Of a stretch of 64,000 nt of DNA, positions 48,645-58,685 are shown in pieces. Each line of letters starts with the position of its first letter. The stretch's first letter is position 1. This DNA comes from Candidatus Eiseniibacteriota bacterium. GTDB lineage: Bacteria; Eisenbacteria; RBG-16-71-46; JAFGJU01. A model generated the notes under the pieces. It was not told the DNA's origin, did no database searches, and worked only from the letters and a program-made list of their open reading frames with translations. The DNA is taken from assembly GCA_026388185.1 (NCBI GenBank), contig JAPLKG010000003.1:22871-86870 (forward strand), written 5' to 3'. The translations under genes were made by a program, and so were the position numbers.

Positions 48645-49367
48645 ATGCAAGAGACATTTGAAGTGATCATCCTCGTAGGAAGACCCGCTGCCGGAAAAAG
48701 CGAGATCATCGACTACTTGAAGAAGGAAAGCGTTGAGAGGAGGAAAGAGCGTTTCAGAATCGGAACGTTCGAGGAGATAGACGATTTCCCATTTGTGTGG
48801 GAGACTTTCGAGATTGACGACATCCTCTCGAAACACGGACGCGAGCGTATCTTCACGACGCCCGACTATTACTTCAAGGACCCCTTTACTTGGAATCTAT
48901 TCATCGAGAGAATAAACCTCGAGTTCGCGAAGAGACTCGCAGGGAATCCGAACTATCTGAGAGACACGACCTCGATAGTCGAGTTTGCTCGCGGAGGAGA
49001 AAACGGCTTCGGAGAGGCGTTCTCTCTTCTTTCCGACGAGATACTCACGCGCGCTGGGGTCGTGTACATAAACGTCTCCTACGAAGAATCCTGCCGCAAG
49101 AACAGACGCAGATTCGACCGGAAACAAGCCCACAGCATCCTCTTTCACTCCCTACCCGACGAGAAGATGGAGTTTTACTACAAGATGAATGACTGGCACA
49201 AGATCGCCCCGGGCAATGATGGGTACCTCACGATCAGGGGACAGGCCGTTCCCTTCTCTGTGTTCAACAACGAACCAGAGGTAACCGACAAGCCTGAGGA
49301 ACTTGGCCGGGCATTGGAAGACGTCTTTGGAAAACTCTGGACGAGGCTGCAAGAAAGGCATCGGTGA
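48645..49367 (+). CDS. P-loop kinase-like hypothetical protein
   Basis: The Walker A motif is ILVGRPAAGKSE. FARGGENG suggests a nucleotide or polynucleotide kinase fold. No close named family was recognised. Confidence 0.5.
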   Translation: MQETFEVIILVGRPAAGKSEIIDYLKKESVERRKERFRIGTFEEIDDFPFVWETFEIDDILSKHGRERIFTTPDYYFKDPFTWNLFIERINLEFAKRLAGNPNYLRDTTSIVEFARGGENGFGEAFSLLSDEILTRAGVVYINVSYEESCRKNRRRFDRKQAHSILFHSLPDEKMEFYYKMNDWHKIAPGNDGYLTIRGQAVPFSVFNNEPEVTDKPEELGRALEDVFGKLWTRLQERHR

Positions 49368-49394
49368 CAGCCCCGTTCGCCCACGGTCTGGTGT

Positions 49395-50528
49395 CTACGT
49401 TCTGGTGGGTGCGCCGGAACTCGCAGCGTGTCCGGCGGCAACGTCAATCTCGTGTGCCGCCACGAGTTCGGCCACACGCTTCCTCTCGGCCACAGTCAAA
49501 AAGCCCACCGCAACGAGGATGAACGCAAGAGAAAACCAGTCCTGGATTTTGGGGAAGCTCCCTCCGCAGGCAAAGCAGAAAACCAGCGTGGCAGCAGTGC
49601 CGGCAACAAGCGAGGTGAGCCGGTTCACAAGACCGGCGAAGGTTGCCGTCCTGCCTTTGAACATGAAGATGAAGACCGAGAAGAAGGCGACCATGCCGTA
49701 AGCCATGCCGGCCAGGATCGCCCACGACCACATCGGCCTGGGATTGGTTAAGGCCCCTCTGAAAAGTCCGAGCTGGGCGCTCTCCCACCCGAAATGCCGA
49801 GGACCGTAGAAGAGAAACAACCCAACCACCACCATGGTTGTGCAAGCAGCAATCTGCTCGATGGAAAAGAACCACTTATTGTCGAGCTTCATCCCTTTGG
49901 CGCGCGTGTTCTTGTAGTAGTTCATTATGTAGATGCGGATGGCGTAAGCTGTGATGTAGCTGCCGAGAATCGTCATGGCCACGCCCGAACGCGCGAAGTC
50001 GAAGTCCCCCTCCTTGCGCCAGAATATCTGCACGCTTGCTGCAATCAACGCAAACACAACGCCTATGTTTTCTTCAACGTAGACCTTCTTATGAAGTATG
50101 CCCTTTTGAATCTGGACTGCGTCCACGGCGCGACTGATCACTATAATGCTGGCCCGCATGATCACCATCGCAACCATGACCGAGATGGGAAGGGAATACA
50201 TGAGCGTCGTGGTCGGGATCACAACCGCCGTGCATACACCGGACGGGATTATGTACAAGTACTCCCGCGGAAAACTGAGAGCGCCCCAATGAACCAAGTT
50301 GGTCGATTTGGTTCTAAACCAACGCAGAACCAACACGACGGCCACGCACAGGCTGGTTCCTCCCAAAGTGCTGTAAACCAGAAACTCGGTTTGCGTCATC
50401 CCCGGGAACCCGAGCTCCGGCTTACCCGTAAAGTACTTCACGGTGAATCCCGTGATGACGTAGAAGAAGAAATAGCTAAAGCACAACTGGAGCAGTCTTC
50501 CCGTACTACCTTCGGTTGTCTTCCACAT
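49395..50528 (-). CDS. Polytopic integral membrane protein (about 10 transmembrane segments), hypothetical
   Basis: Hydrophobic segments run through the whole protein. The probable start is MWKTTEG. Confidence 0.5.
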   Translation of the reverse strand: MWKTTEGSTGRLLQLCFSYFFFYVITGFTVKYFTGKPELGFPGMTQTEFLVYSTLGGTSLCVAVVLVLRWFRTKSTNLVHWGALSFPREYLYIIPSGVCTAVVIPTTTLMYSLPISVMVAMVIMRASIIVISRAVDAVQIQKGILHKKVYVEENIGVVFALIAASVQIFWRKEGDFDFARSGVAMTILGSYITAYAIRIYIMNYYKNTRAKGMKLDNKWFFSIEQIAACTTMVVVGLFLFYGPRHFGWESAQLGLFRGALTNPRPMWSWAILAGMAYGMVAFFSVFIFMFKGRTATFAGLVNRLTSLVAGTAATLVFCFACGGSFPKIQDWFSLAFILVAVGFLTVAERKRVAELVAAHEIDVAAGHAASSGAPTRT

Positions 50529-50727
50529 ATTCACTCGTCCTGTTCTGGAGGCAGAAGGCCAGGCGTCAGAGAAACCCGCAGGTCTTGACGCCAGCGACAC
50601 GGAATCAAAAGACTACTCCACTCCGCTTCTGAAGTCGAGATATTACTTGTCGAGCGCCCGGCCCTTTCTTCGCGTCAATTGAAGAAAAAACGCTTCGTGG
50701 ACTCGTCCAGTAAGCCTCGGCGCCAGG

Positions 50728-50881
50728 TTACTGCCGCGGCAGTAACCTGGTCATGACCAGCCACGGGAGACAGAGCCCCACACCCCAGACAACGTAGCGC
50801 CACGGCGCCACGAGGGCGTTGTCGCCGATGATTACGCCGCCCACGATTAATGTGAGCAGAAATGACACTCCCGCTTTGCTC
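50728..50881 (-). CDS. Small two-transmembrane membrane peptide of about 50 aa (hypothetical)
   Basis: MSKAGVSFLLTLIVGGVIIGDNALVAPWRYVVWGVGLCLPWLVMTRLLPRQ begins about 10 nt after the stop of the Cys-rich protein, so it is probably co-transcribed. Confidence 0.3.
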
Positions 50882-50891
50882 ATCTGACACC

Positions 50892-51623
50892 TCACTCTTT
50901 CATGGCGATGTAGACACACACGGCCGCCGCCACCCCGCAACACGAACCAGTGCATTTCAACCACAGAGGGCCGGTGAAGGCACATCCGGCTATGCACGGA
51001 CCGCACGTGGCCACGAAACAATCGGCCCACTTCTTCTTGTTGAACTTGATCGCTTGCTCTTCAACGTCCGACTCATCGTCGGCAGAAACCAACTCCGTCA
51101 GCTCATTGGTGGCCGTGTCCACGGTCATTGCAAGGACGCTTCCGTCTTCTTCCCGGTAGAGCATGGCAGTGGCAAACCTGTCACCTCTTGGATTTATCAT
51201 GGGCACGACGAAGTATCCAGGACCGGAACTCCCGTCGGGCTCAGAAAGCTCAAAGGCCTGTTCGGGCAGTTCCACCATTCCGAGCGCCCGGCAGCGTGCG
51301 AGAATTTTGCCCGCCTTCGGCAACTCCAGCACCTGTCTCGCCCTATCTGGACCGGAGTCCACCGACGGCCACGGATTCGGGTTTACCTTTTCCCGCTGCT
51401 CTCTTGAGGTATCCGTCCACTGATAGGTTGAGTGAAAGCCTGCTGTTGCCGTTGCGCGGCCGCTATGATAATCGCGACCTGCCACGGTGTCAAACGGATT
51501 GACAGAGTGTATGTCGGCCCTTGCTGCGGCCGCCACTGCGAGGGCGGGCACGACTGACACGCAGGCAATGAAGAAAACCGAAACGACTACCGACGGCGTC
51601 GAAAATCTCCTTGTTCTCACCAC
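50892..51623 (-). CDS. Secreted protein with a Cys-rich hydrophobic C-terminal tail (9 Cys in the last 45 aa)
   Basis: A GAGGAGG Shine-Dalgarno lies 5 nt upstream of a GTG start (VVRTRRFSTPSVVVSVFFIACVSVVPALAVAAAARA signal peptide). The tail is KWADCFVATCGPCIAGCAFTGPLWLKCTGSCCGVAAAVCVYIAMKE. Confidence 0.5.
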   Translation of the reverse strand: MVRTRRFSTPSVVVSVFFIACVSVVPALAVAAAARADIHSVNPFDTVAGRDYHSGRATATAGFHSTYQWTDTSREQREKVNPNPWPSVDSGPDRARQVLELPKAGKILARCRALGMVELPEQAFELSEPDGSSGPGYFVVPMINPRGDRFATAMLYREEDGSVLAMTVDTATNELTELVSADDESDVEEQAIKFNKKKWADCFVATCGPCIAGCAFTGPLWLKCTGSCCGVAAAVCVYIAMKE

Positions 51624-52072
51624 AGCCACCTCCTCTTTCCAGAAACACCACGGACATGAGACAAACTCAGGGGGAACAACGGCCGCGCGCCTGCACCCTC
51701 TCACTGCGATCTGCGTTTACTCTGGACGAAGACAGGACAGAAGATCGACCGGCCCGAGGGCCTTCTGTTTCACGAAGCCGGACTCACACTCCGGCAAGCG
51801 CCGTGCCACGGCGACTGGAGTCGCGCTCGGGCTTGCTGAATGCTGTAACCAGGGTCGTGTGGTGGAGTTGTAGGGGCGGCCCGAGGCGGCGCGGGGCGCC
51901 TCGCGACGTTACCGCCGCCGCGCCCTGTAAACTTTGGAGGCGCCTCTGTCGACGAGAGTGACGGGAGCTGGGCAGGTGGGCCGTGGCGCGCATACAGGCC
52001 GCCCCTCGAGAAATCGGCTCATGCCTGCCGCGCATGCGGCCGACGGCGGCGCCCGCAATGAAACGCGAGAGA

Positions 52073-52576
52073 TTATTCGAAGCTTCGGATCACTCTGAGT
52101 ATCTCGTGTGGGTCACTCGCGCTTCGCAGCTCCTGGACGGCATTCTCGAAACGCAGTAAATCGGCGAGAGACTTGTAAACCCTGAGATAGAACACGTCGT
52201 CGCTGGGAGGGGCCGCCATCGGAAAGAAAACGTTCACTGGCTTTCCGTCGAGCGCCTCGAATTCCAACCCCTTGTCCGAGCGCGCGAACGCGATTACGAA
52301 TTCTTTTACCTGGACGGTTCTTACGTGAGGGAGAGCCACGCCGCCTCCGATGCCCGTCGTGGCCTTCTTCTCACGGTTGTGCAAGTCGCGGAAGAGGCGA
52401 CGAGAATTTCGCACGTTCCCCGAGCGGTCGAGGAGGTCTGCCAGGGCGGTCACTATTCTCTCCTTCGTTTCCCTGACCACTCTTTGAGGGCTCATTTCCT
52501 CGGGAAAATCAAGAGTCACGAGAGAATCAAGGTTGAGCTCAACAAGCTCGGGAGTCAGATACCTCGAAAGTCGCAT
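52073..52576 (-). CDS. ptsN: PTS EIIA-Ntr (PtsN-like) regulatory protein
   Basis: GIGGGVALPHV carries the phosphorylatable His of EIIA(Fru/Ntr). The protein is about 167 aa. Confidence 0.75.
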   Translation of the reverse strand: MRLSRYLTPELVELNLDSLVTLDFPEEMSPQRVVRETKERIVTALADLLDRSGNVRNSRRLFRDLHNREKKATTGIGGGVALPHVRTVQVKEFVIAFARSDKGLEFEALDGKPVNVFFPMAAPPSDDVFYLRVYKSLADLLRFENAVQELRSASDPHEILRVIRSFE

Positions 52577-54130
52577 CAGATGTCTCCCAAGGCCGGCGGC
52601 TGCGTGTCGCTCAAGCTATGCCGCGTCAGACGGTGCGCTCGGGTCGCTCGGGTCGCGGCGGAGCCTCCAACGGAGGGCGCCATCACGAGGCACGCCGAGA
52701 CAATGGCGGCGTTCAAGTACCAGTTATATCGCATCATGTTGTGACCGAACAGACCGAGTAAAAGCAAGAGCCAATAGGCGGCCAAACAGGCACGGCAGAC
52801 GGCACTGATACCCTTCGCTTCGGGAGTGTCCACCGAGGACAACAACGACCCCGCCCGTGCGGCCCCCCTCATACAGACAATCACAAAGCCTGCAAACGCG
52901 ATCAGGCCGAGTATTCCGGTCTCACCGCCTACCTGTGCCAACAGATTGTGCGCCTCGAACCAATTGCGGTTCTGCGGGGGCGAATAGATCATGCCGTGCG
53001 CGATGCCGAAATCCCCAATTCCTACGCCCAGGAGCGGTCTGTCCATGAACATCTGAGATCCGACTCTTAACCCTTCGATTCGTCCCATCGCAGATTCGGC
53101 CGCGGAAGCGTTCTTTTGGAACTCAAAGATGGTCAAGAATCTCTCCTTGTACTGCATAGGCATGGCAACCCATGCCCCCACGGCGACCAGCATGACTATG
53201 ATGCCCGTCAGCATCCTTCTCTTGTGCGTGATCCACATGTAGAACAACAGGAACAGAACGCCCAACATCCCTGACCTGGAACCAGTGAGAACCACAACGA
53301 CGCTCCCGGCGCAGATGACGCCAAGCCAGCACAGCCGCCAGAAGAGGTTTCGATTCGCTCCGATGCAATACAACCCGAAACAGACGGCGAGAACCAAGCT
53401 GGCGGCAAGCGAGTTCGGGTCCCCCCTCGAAAGAGAGTCGGTGGTCGCCCTGACGATGCCCATTGCAGTGTAGTTATAGCCCACGGAGTAGTAGAGCCTC
53501 AAGCTCTCCGCTGCCATCCACACATGCCCCAGCGCAAAAACCGACAAGAAGACAAAGAGCCTCCTTGGAGTATTCACCATTTGCGAAGTGAGAAAGGCAA
53601 GAACCCCCAACTTGAGAAGCTCAATCCATGCAGTGGCGGCCCCCAACTTCCACACCGCCGTGAAAACGGAGAGAAAACACACGACCACGAAGACGAGAAG
53701 CCACGAAGCAATGCCGCGCGAAACCGGCCAGAACCTTCTCCCCGCGGCAACCTGAAATCCCCAACCAACCGCGGCCAACACCGCGCACAACCTCTCGACG
53801 TGCAACGGCTCGAGCTGCACTATACCTTCTTGCGGCCTCACGGCGACGAGAAGCATGAAGAGTAGCAAGGCTGGAAAGGGGTTGAAGAGAAACCACAGTG
53901 ATGCGTAGAGTGCCACCGCAATCAAGAAGACCAGCAGAGGATCAAAAAAGAGAAGCATAAGTCCTGCGGTCACCGGTATCACAAACACCGCGAATATCTT
54001 GAAAAGCGTGCCAGGGTTTATCGGCGGTCGCGGGCCCGCACCCCGCACCCGTCCCGACTCAACCCGGACAGGCTCTCTTCCGTCTTCCGTATCGTGCTCG
54101 TTCACTGGCCGGTGTCTCCCCCAAACATCA
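52576..54130 (-). CDS. O-antigen ligase / polymerase-like (Wzy_C family) polytopic membrane protein
   Basis: It has more than 10 transmembrane segments and a large periplasmic loop. The ORF track's start (54318) overlaps the upstream GT2 gene, so the real start is probably an internal GTG or TTG near 54130. Confidence 0.5.
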
Positions 54131-54140
54131 TCGCCGTCCG

Positions 54141-55178
54141 TTATCGCTCTGCAGGACTCCGGGCCGGACGCCCGAAGCCGATCATACCTCTCCAAAAACC
54201 GGCGAAAAGCCCCGCGTGAGTGATTAGCAGCGCCACGAAGATCGAGGGCATCAGCCGTAACCCGTGTCTCAAGGAGAGGACAAGAGAAGCCGATGCTATC
54301 AAGAGAACGTACGCGCACGCCAGGAAAAACAAGGCTTGTCCGGCTGCCATGAAAAACAGTGCGAGCACGGCGAGGGCAACAACAATGACGAGTGGCGTTC
54401 CAAGCAGAATCGGGCCCGAGGTCGCATCTCTGGGATGCTTCAGGAACAGCCTGGCGCGACCCGCACCGTAACGCGCCATCTGTCTAAACAGAGGGCCAAG
54501 ATCGTCTCTGGCATGGTAGCGGACCATCACGCGCGGGCTGGTGAAGGCCCTCAGCCCCGCCTTCCTTGCTCTTAGATTGAAGTCAACGTCCTCGCACGCA
54601 TCCAGTCTTTCGTCATAGTACCCTATTCGCTCAAACACGCGACGCGTGTAGGCTGCGCCGGAGCTGTCTGGATCGACGAGGTCCTCCTTCGCAGTAGAGA
54701 AAATCAGCGAAGAAGGATTGTGGCCGAGCCACGAGGTCCTCGCGATGACTATGGCCCTCTGGACGTCGCCCGATCCAGTCCACTCCAACGGCTGAGGTCT
54801 GCATATCACGTCTGCCGACGTCGTTCGAAAAAGGTCCGCCAGATTCCTGAGCAGAAACTCATCCGGAATCTCACAGTGACCATCTACAAACAAGACTGCG
54901 TCCCCCCTGGCCGCTCTGGCTCCAACGTTTCTCCCAGAGCTCGACAGACGCCGGGGGTTCTCGAGCACGCGGATGTTCCGATGAATCTTGCTCAGGCCTG
55001 CGGCGACGGACACGGTTTCGTCGGTAGAACCCCCGTCCACCACGAGAAGCTCAAATCTGTCTGGCGGAAACTTCTGCCTGCACAGTGCTTCCAGAACGCC
55101 GCCTATGTGCCTGCCTTCGTTCAGCACGGGAAGGACAACGCTGATGAAGATGGGCTCGGATGTGCCGTTGCTCTCCAT
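54141..55178 (-). CDS. Family 2 glycosyltransferase
   Basis: FISVVLPVLNEGRHIGGVLEAL...LLVVDGGSTDET is GT2 (GT-A). The DxD motif is in ACEDVDFNLR. Confidence 0.85.
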   Translation of the reverse strand: MESNGTSEPIFISVVLPVLNEGRHIGGVLEALCRQKFPPDRFELLVVDGGSTDETVSVAAGLSKIHRNIRVLENPRRLSSSGRNVGARAARGDAVLFVDGHCEIPDEFLLRNLADLFRTTSADVICRPQPLEWTGSGDVQRAIVIARTSWLGHNPSSLIFSTAKEDLVDPDSSGAAYTRRVFERIGYYDERLDACEDVDFNLRARKAGLRAFTSPRVMVRYHARDDLGPLFRQMARYGAGRARLFLKHPRDATSGPILLGTPLVIVVALAVLALFFMAAGQALFFLACAYVLLIASASLVLSLRHGLRLMPSIFVALLITHAGLFAGFWRGMIGFGRPARSPAER

Positions 55179-55184
55179 GAATCG

Positions 55185-56360
55185 TCACGCCCTCTCTACT
55201 GCGAGAGTCTTCGTGTAAACCTCCGTCAGGAGTCGGAGCTGTCCTTCGAAGGAATGTGATCTACGAATCGCTTCCTGCCCGGCTTGCCCCATGGCCCTGG
55301 CAAGTCCGGGATCAGACAACAATTCAGTGATCGCCCTCGCCAATTGGCCGCTCTCTCCGGGCGAGACAAGAATCCCGGTCTCTCCGTTAACGACAATTTC
55401 GGGGACGCCGCCAACCGCGGTCGCTATCACCGGCGTTGCCGCAGCAAGAGCCTCGAGGAGCACGTTCGGAAGCCCTTCCGTCAGAGAAGGAAGAACGAAC
55501 AAGTCAACGTTCCTGAGAGATGAAGCAAGGCCCGGGACATGGCCAAGGAAATGAATCGAATCGGCGCACCCAATCTTTTCCGCAAGTCTCGCGAGATGGT
55601 CTCGCAGGGGACCGTCACCGAAAACCAAGAGTACTGCCTCCTTCTCGCTGGCGAGCACGCGCGGCATGGCCTCAATGAGGTACTCTTGCCCCTTTTCGGG
55701 CGAGAGCCTCCCCGCGGTTGCGATTATCGTTTTCCCGCAGAACTTGCTGAACAGCGCCGAGAGTCCGTCGTCCGATCCCGCGTCCGCCGGCACATCGCAC
55801 TGCGCGGCCTCGCCTTCGTTTCGACGGTGCTCTGCGCGGTCATCCTGTTTCTCTCGTTCTACAGACACGGCATTGGGGACGAGCGAGACTTTGTTTTCCG
55901 GCAGACCTCGTGACGCCAGAACGTTCTGTTGCTCTCTCGAAACGACGACAACGTGATCCATCCGTCTCAGAAGCCAATTCTCGAGTTTGTAGTAGAGAGC
56001 AACCTTCAGATTCTCCCTCGTCGTCCCTCTCCAGAACGCAATCTGCCGCGCGGGAAGCCCCGCTCGTCCGACAAGACAGAGAAAAGTGGATCGATAGTCG
56101 TGCGTGCAAATCAGTTCGGGTCTCTGAGTCTTGAAGAGCTTTCTCAAACGAAGAACCTGCGTCGGATCGTAGGCGCTAATACACGGAACAGAGAAGGACC
56201 GTATCCCTAGAGCGTTAGCCCTCCGGGCAAGCTCTGTCTCCTTGCCGTTTTCGTAGAAGCTGCACAGTAGGGCCTCAATCTGAGTTCCCCGGAGCAGCTT
56301 CAGGTGCTCGACTATCTGCTTCTCGGGCCCCCCGAAAAAGTTGCTCGCGCGCACGTGCAT
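55185..56360 (-). CDS. Family 4 (GT-B) glycosyltransferase
   Basis: The C-terminal region has LFVLPSLTEGLPNVLLEALAAATPVIATAVGGVPEIV with the E-x7-E motif. Confidence 0.8.
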   Translation of the reverse strand: MHVRASNFFGGPEKQIVEHLKLLRGTQIEALLCSFYENGKETELARRANALGIRSFSVPCISAYDPTQVLRLRKLFKTQRPELICTHDYRSTFLCLVGRAGLPARQIAFWRGTTRENLKVALYYKLENWLLRRMDHVVVVSREQQNVLASRGLPENKVSLVPNAVSVEREKQDDRAEHRRNEGEAAQCDVPADAGSDDGLSALFSKFCGKTIIATAGRLSPEKGQEYLIEAMPRVLASEKEAVLLVFGDGPLRDHLARLAEKIGCADSIHFLGHVPGLASSLRNVDLFVLPSLTEGLPNVLLEALAAATPVIATAVGGVPEIVVNGETGILVSPGESGQLARAITELLSDPGLARAMGQAGQEAIRRSHSFEGQLRLLTEVYTKTLAVERA

Positions 56361-56473
56361 TACTTTGACCTTGAGCGAGCCGATCATCCTGGACGAGCCG
56401 ATTCCGTCGGCAGAACCAACCATGTTCCTCTACTTTCAAACGTCTCCGGTCCACGAGGACCATGATCCTGACG

Positions 56474-58675
56474 CTAGCTACCTTTCGGTATTGAACCACT
56501 CCTGGGTTGCATCAGTCTCCAGTAAAGACACCACAACTGTCTGAGCGCGTCCCTGAACAGGAATTTCTGATCCGCCTCCATTCTCGCGTGCGACCCCAGC
56601 CACGTACGCAGGTGAGAGTCCCTGAGAAGCCTCAGTATTCCCCTCCCGAGCATGGCGGGATCGTCCGACTGAACCAGCAAGCCGCTTTCACAGTCGGCCA
56701 CTATCTCAGCATTTCCACCCACGTCAGTTGCGACGATGGCGGAACCGGCAGAGCAATACTCCAGCAGGGCGTTGGCGCAGCCCTCGCTTCTCGAAGAAAT
56801 CACCGCCACGTCAAAGCCTGGAATCAGTGTATGTGCGTCCCGCCTGAAACCGAAGAACGTCACTGCCCCAGCGATGCCCAGTGACGAGGCAAGATTCTCC
56901 AGCTCTTCGCGAAGCTCTCCCTCCCCGAATATGCAGAAGCGTGACAGGGGCTCTTCCTTGAAGACGACCGACGCCGCTGCGATAAACACGTCCACGCCTT
57001 TCACGTATCTGAGATTGGCTACCATCCCCACGCAGAGTTCTCCCGGCTTGAGTTCAAGCCCCAGCTTGGCCTCGTGTGCCGGCAGTGCCACGCCCTGAGG
57101 CGCAACCATACCGTTGTGAATCACCAGAGCTTTGTGCCGGGGGATCTTCTCGTCTGCCCGCACGGATTCTTCTACGGCGTGCGAGTTGGAGAGAACGCAC
57201 GTGGCGAGCGTATCGAGCATTCTGACGAACACTACCTGCGGCCACGTGAACGCGAGACTTCTGATGCCTCTCCTGCTGGTTATTATCACCGGTACTCGCG
57301 CCAGACGCGCCGCCAGAGTGCCCAGCACGACGGAGTCAAAGAACGACAGGTGGACAACGTTTATTCTTTGCTTCCTCATCAGTCTGGTCAGACGCCACAG
57401 ACCCGAGACAAAGCCGGGGTCGAGTAGCTTGGCGACTCCAAGTATCGTTACCGGGCATTTGAAATCGGACGTAACGACGCCCCGAAGGGTGCACAGGAAG
57501 GGATTCACTAGATCCCTGTCGGCGTTGCTGATGGTGCTTTCGAGTTGAGTCTCCGTTCCACCCGCATATTGTGGATGCAGAGAGTCAATTACGTAAAGCA
57601 CGTTGATTCGCCCGTCGTGCGCGGCCAGAGATTTCAGTGTCCTTTCGCGTTTCGCACATAGGACTGACTCGACGGCGGAGAGACACGAAAACACAGGCAG
57701 CGGTAGTTCCTCGTATCCGCCGGGTGCCTCGATGCGCGGGAGAAGGAACGCGCCACTGGACAGCCTCACGACGCCACGCACGGTTGACAAGACCGCACGA
57801 TACCCGGCTTCCCGAGCGAGAGAAACGTCGAGCGGCCGGAAATCCGCTCTTGTTCCACTCGGAAATGCGAAACAGTCCACCTTCTTCCCGGCAATTTCCT
57901 CGAGAATGTGCTTGGACGTGAGGAGCTCACTCCTGGCCTCTTCTTTGGAGAGCAAGGAGAAGACTTCATGAGAGTGACTGTGAGAACAGATCTCCATCCC
58001 CGATTCAAGCAGTTGGAGTACGTCTTCCCGGGAGAGATAGAGTCGCGAGCAGGGGAGTTCCCTTTCCTTGACGTCGTTCACTCTGAGCAATTCCCTCACC
58101 GCAGCCTGCCTCCTGCGGGCAGGAAGATATCGGAGATACGCTTTGAGTCTTATTACTGCGGCCCTCTTGAGCGGGAAAGTGCCGGTTTCGAGTGACTCAA
58201 CGTAGTCAAGATACTTGGGAAGACGCACATTCTCCAAGCAGGCCACGAGCTCCTCCACCAAATCGGTCCATATAACGAAGGAAGGCTCAAGTGTTTTTGT
58301 GACTATGGAAACCGCCGCGCTGACGCCGTGATTTCGCAGAACGGGAACCGCATGAGTGAGAAAACTCCTTCTACCGTCGTCGAAGGTGATCGCAAGTGCC
58401 GGGGGCGTGAGTTCCCTCTTGCCCTCTATTGCGTCAAGTACGTGGCTCAGAGGAACCACGTTAAAATGTTTGGTGACGTAGCGGATACTCTCTTCGAGCG
58501 CCTCAGGCGAGATGCCGTAGGACAGTTCATCGCCCCTGGCCCAGACGTCGTGAAAAGTGACGATCGACGCTTGCGGGCCGGAGATCAAAGGGCCGACACG
58601 CGACGTTACGAATGGAAAGACGCCCGACTTCTCGCCCAGTCGGCAAAAACCACGCACCATGCGACGACTTTTCAC
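56474..58675 (-). CDS. Fusion of a polysaccharide deacetylase (NodB-like) to a GT4 glycosyltransferase
   Basis: The N-terminus has ALAITFDDGRRSFLTHAVPVL plus HSHSH. The C-terminus has VAVISSRSEGCANALLEYCSAGSAIVATDVGGNAEIV. Confidence 0.7.
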   Translation of the reverse strand: MKSRRMVRGFCRLGEKSGVFPFVTSRVGPLISGPQASIVTFHDVWARGDELSYGISPEALEESIRYVTKHFNVVPLSHVLDAIEGKRELTPPALAITFDDGRRSFLTHAVPVLRNHGVSAAVSIVTKTLEPSFVIWTDLVEELVACLENVRLPKYLDYVESLETGTFPLKRAAVIRLKAYLRYLPARRRQAAVRELLRVNDVKERELPCSRLYLSREDVLQLLESGMEICSHSHSHEVFSLLSKEEARSELLTSKHILEEIAGKKVDCFAFPSGTRADFRPLDVSLAREAGYRAVLSTVRGVVRLSSGAFLLPRIEAPGGYEELPLPVFSCLSAVESVLCAKRERTLKSLAAHDGRINVLYVIDSLHPQYAGGTETQLESTISNADRDLVNPFLCTLRGVVTSDFKCPVTILGVAKLLDPGFVSGLWRLTRLMRKQRINVVHLSFFDSVVLGTLAARLARVPVIITSRRGIRSLAFTWPQVVFVRMLDTLATCVLSNSHAVEESVRADEKIPRHKALVIHNGMVAPQGVALPAHEAKLGLELKPGELCVGMVANLRYVKGVDVFIAAASVVFKEEPLSRFCIFGEGELREELENLASSLGIAGAVTFFGFRRDAHTLIPGFDVAVISSRSEGCANALLEYCSAGSAIVATDVGGNAEIVADCESGLLVQSDDPAMLGRGILRLLRDSHLRTWLGSHARMEADQKFLFRDALRQLWCLYWRLMQPRSGSIPKGS

Positions 58676-58685
58676 GTTCGAGATC

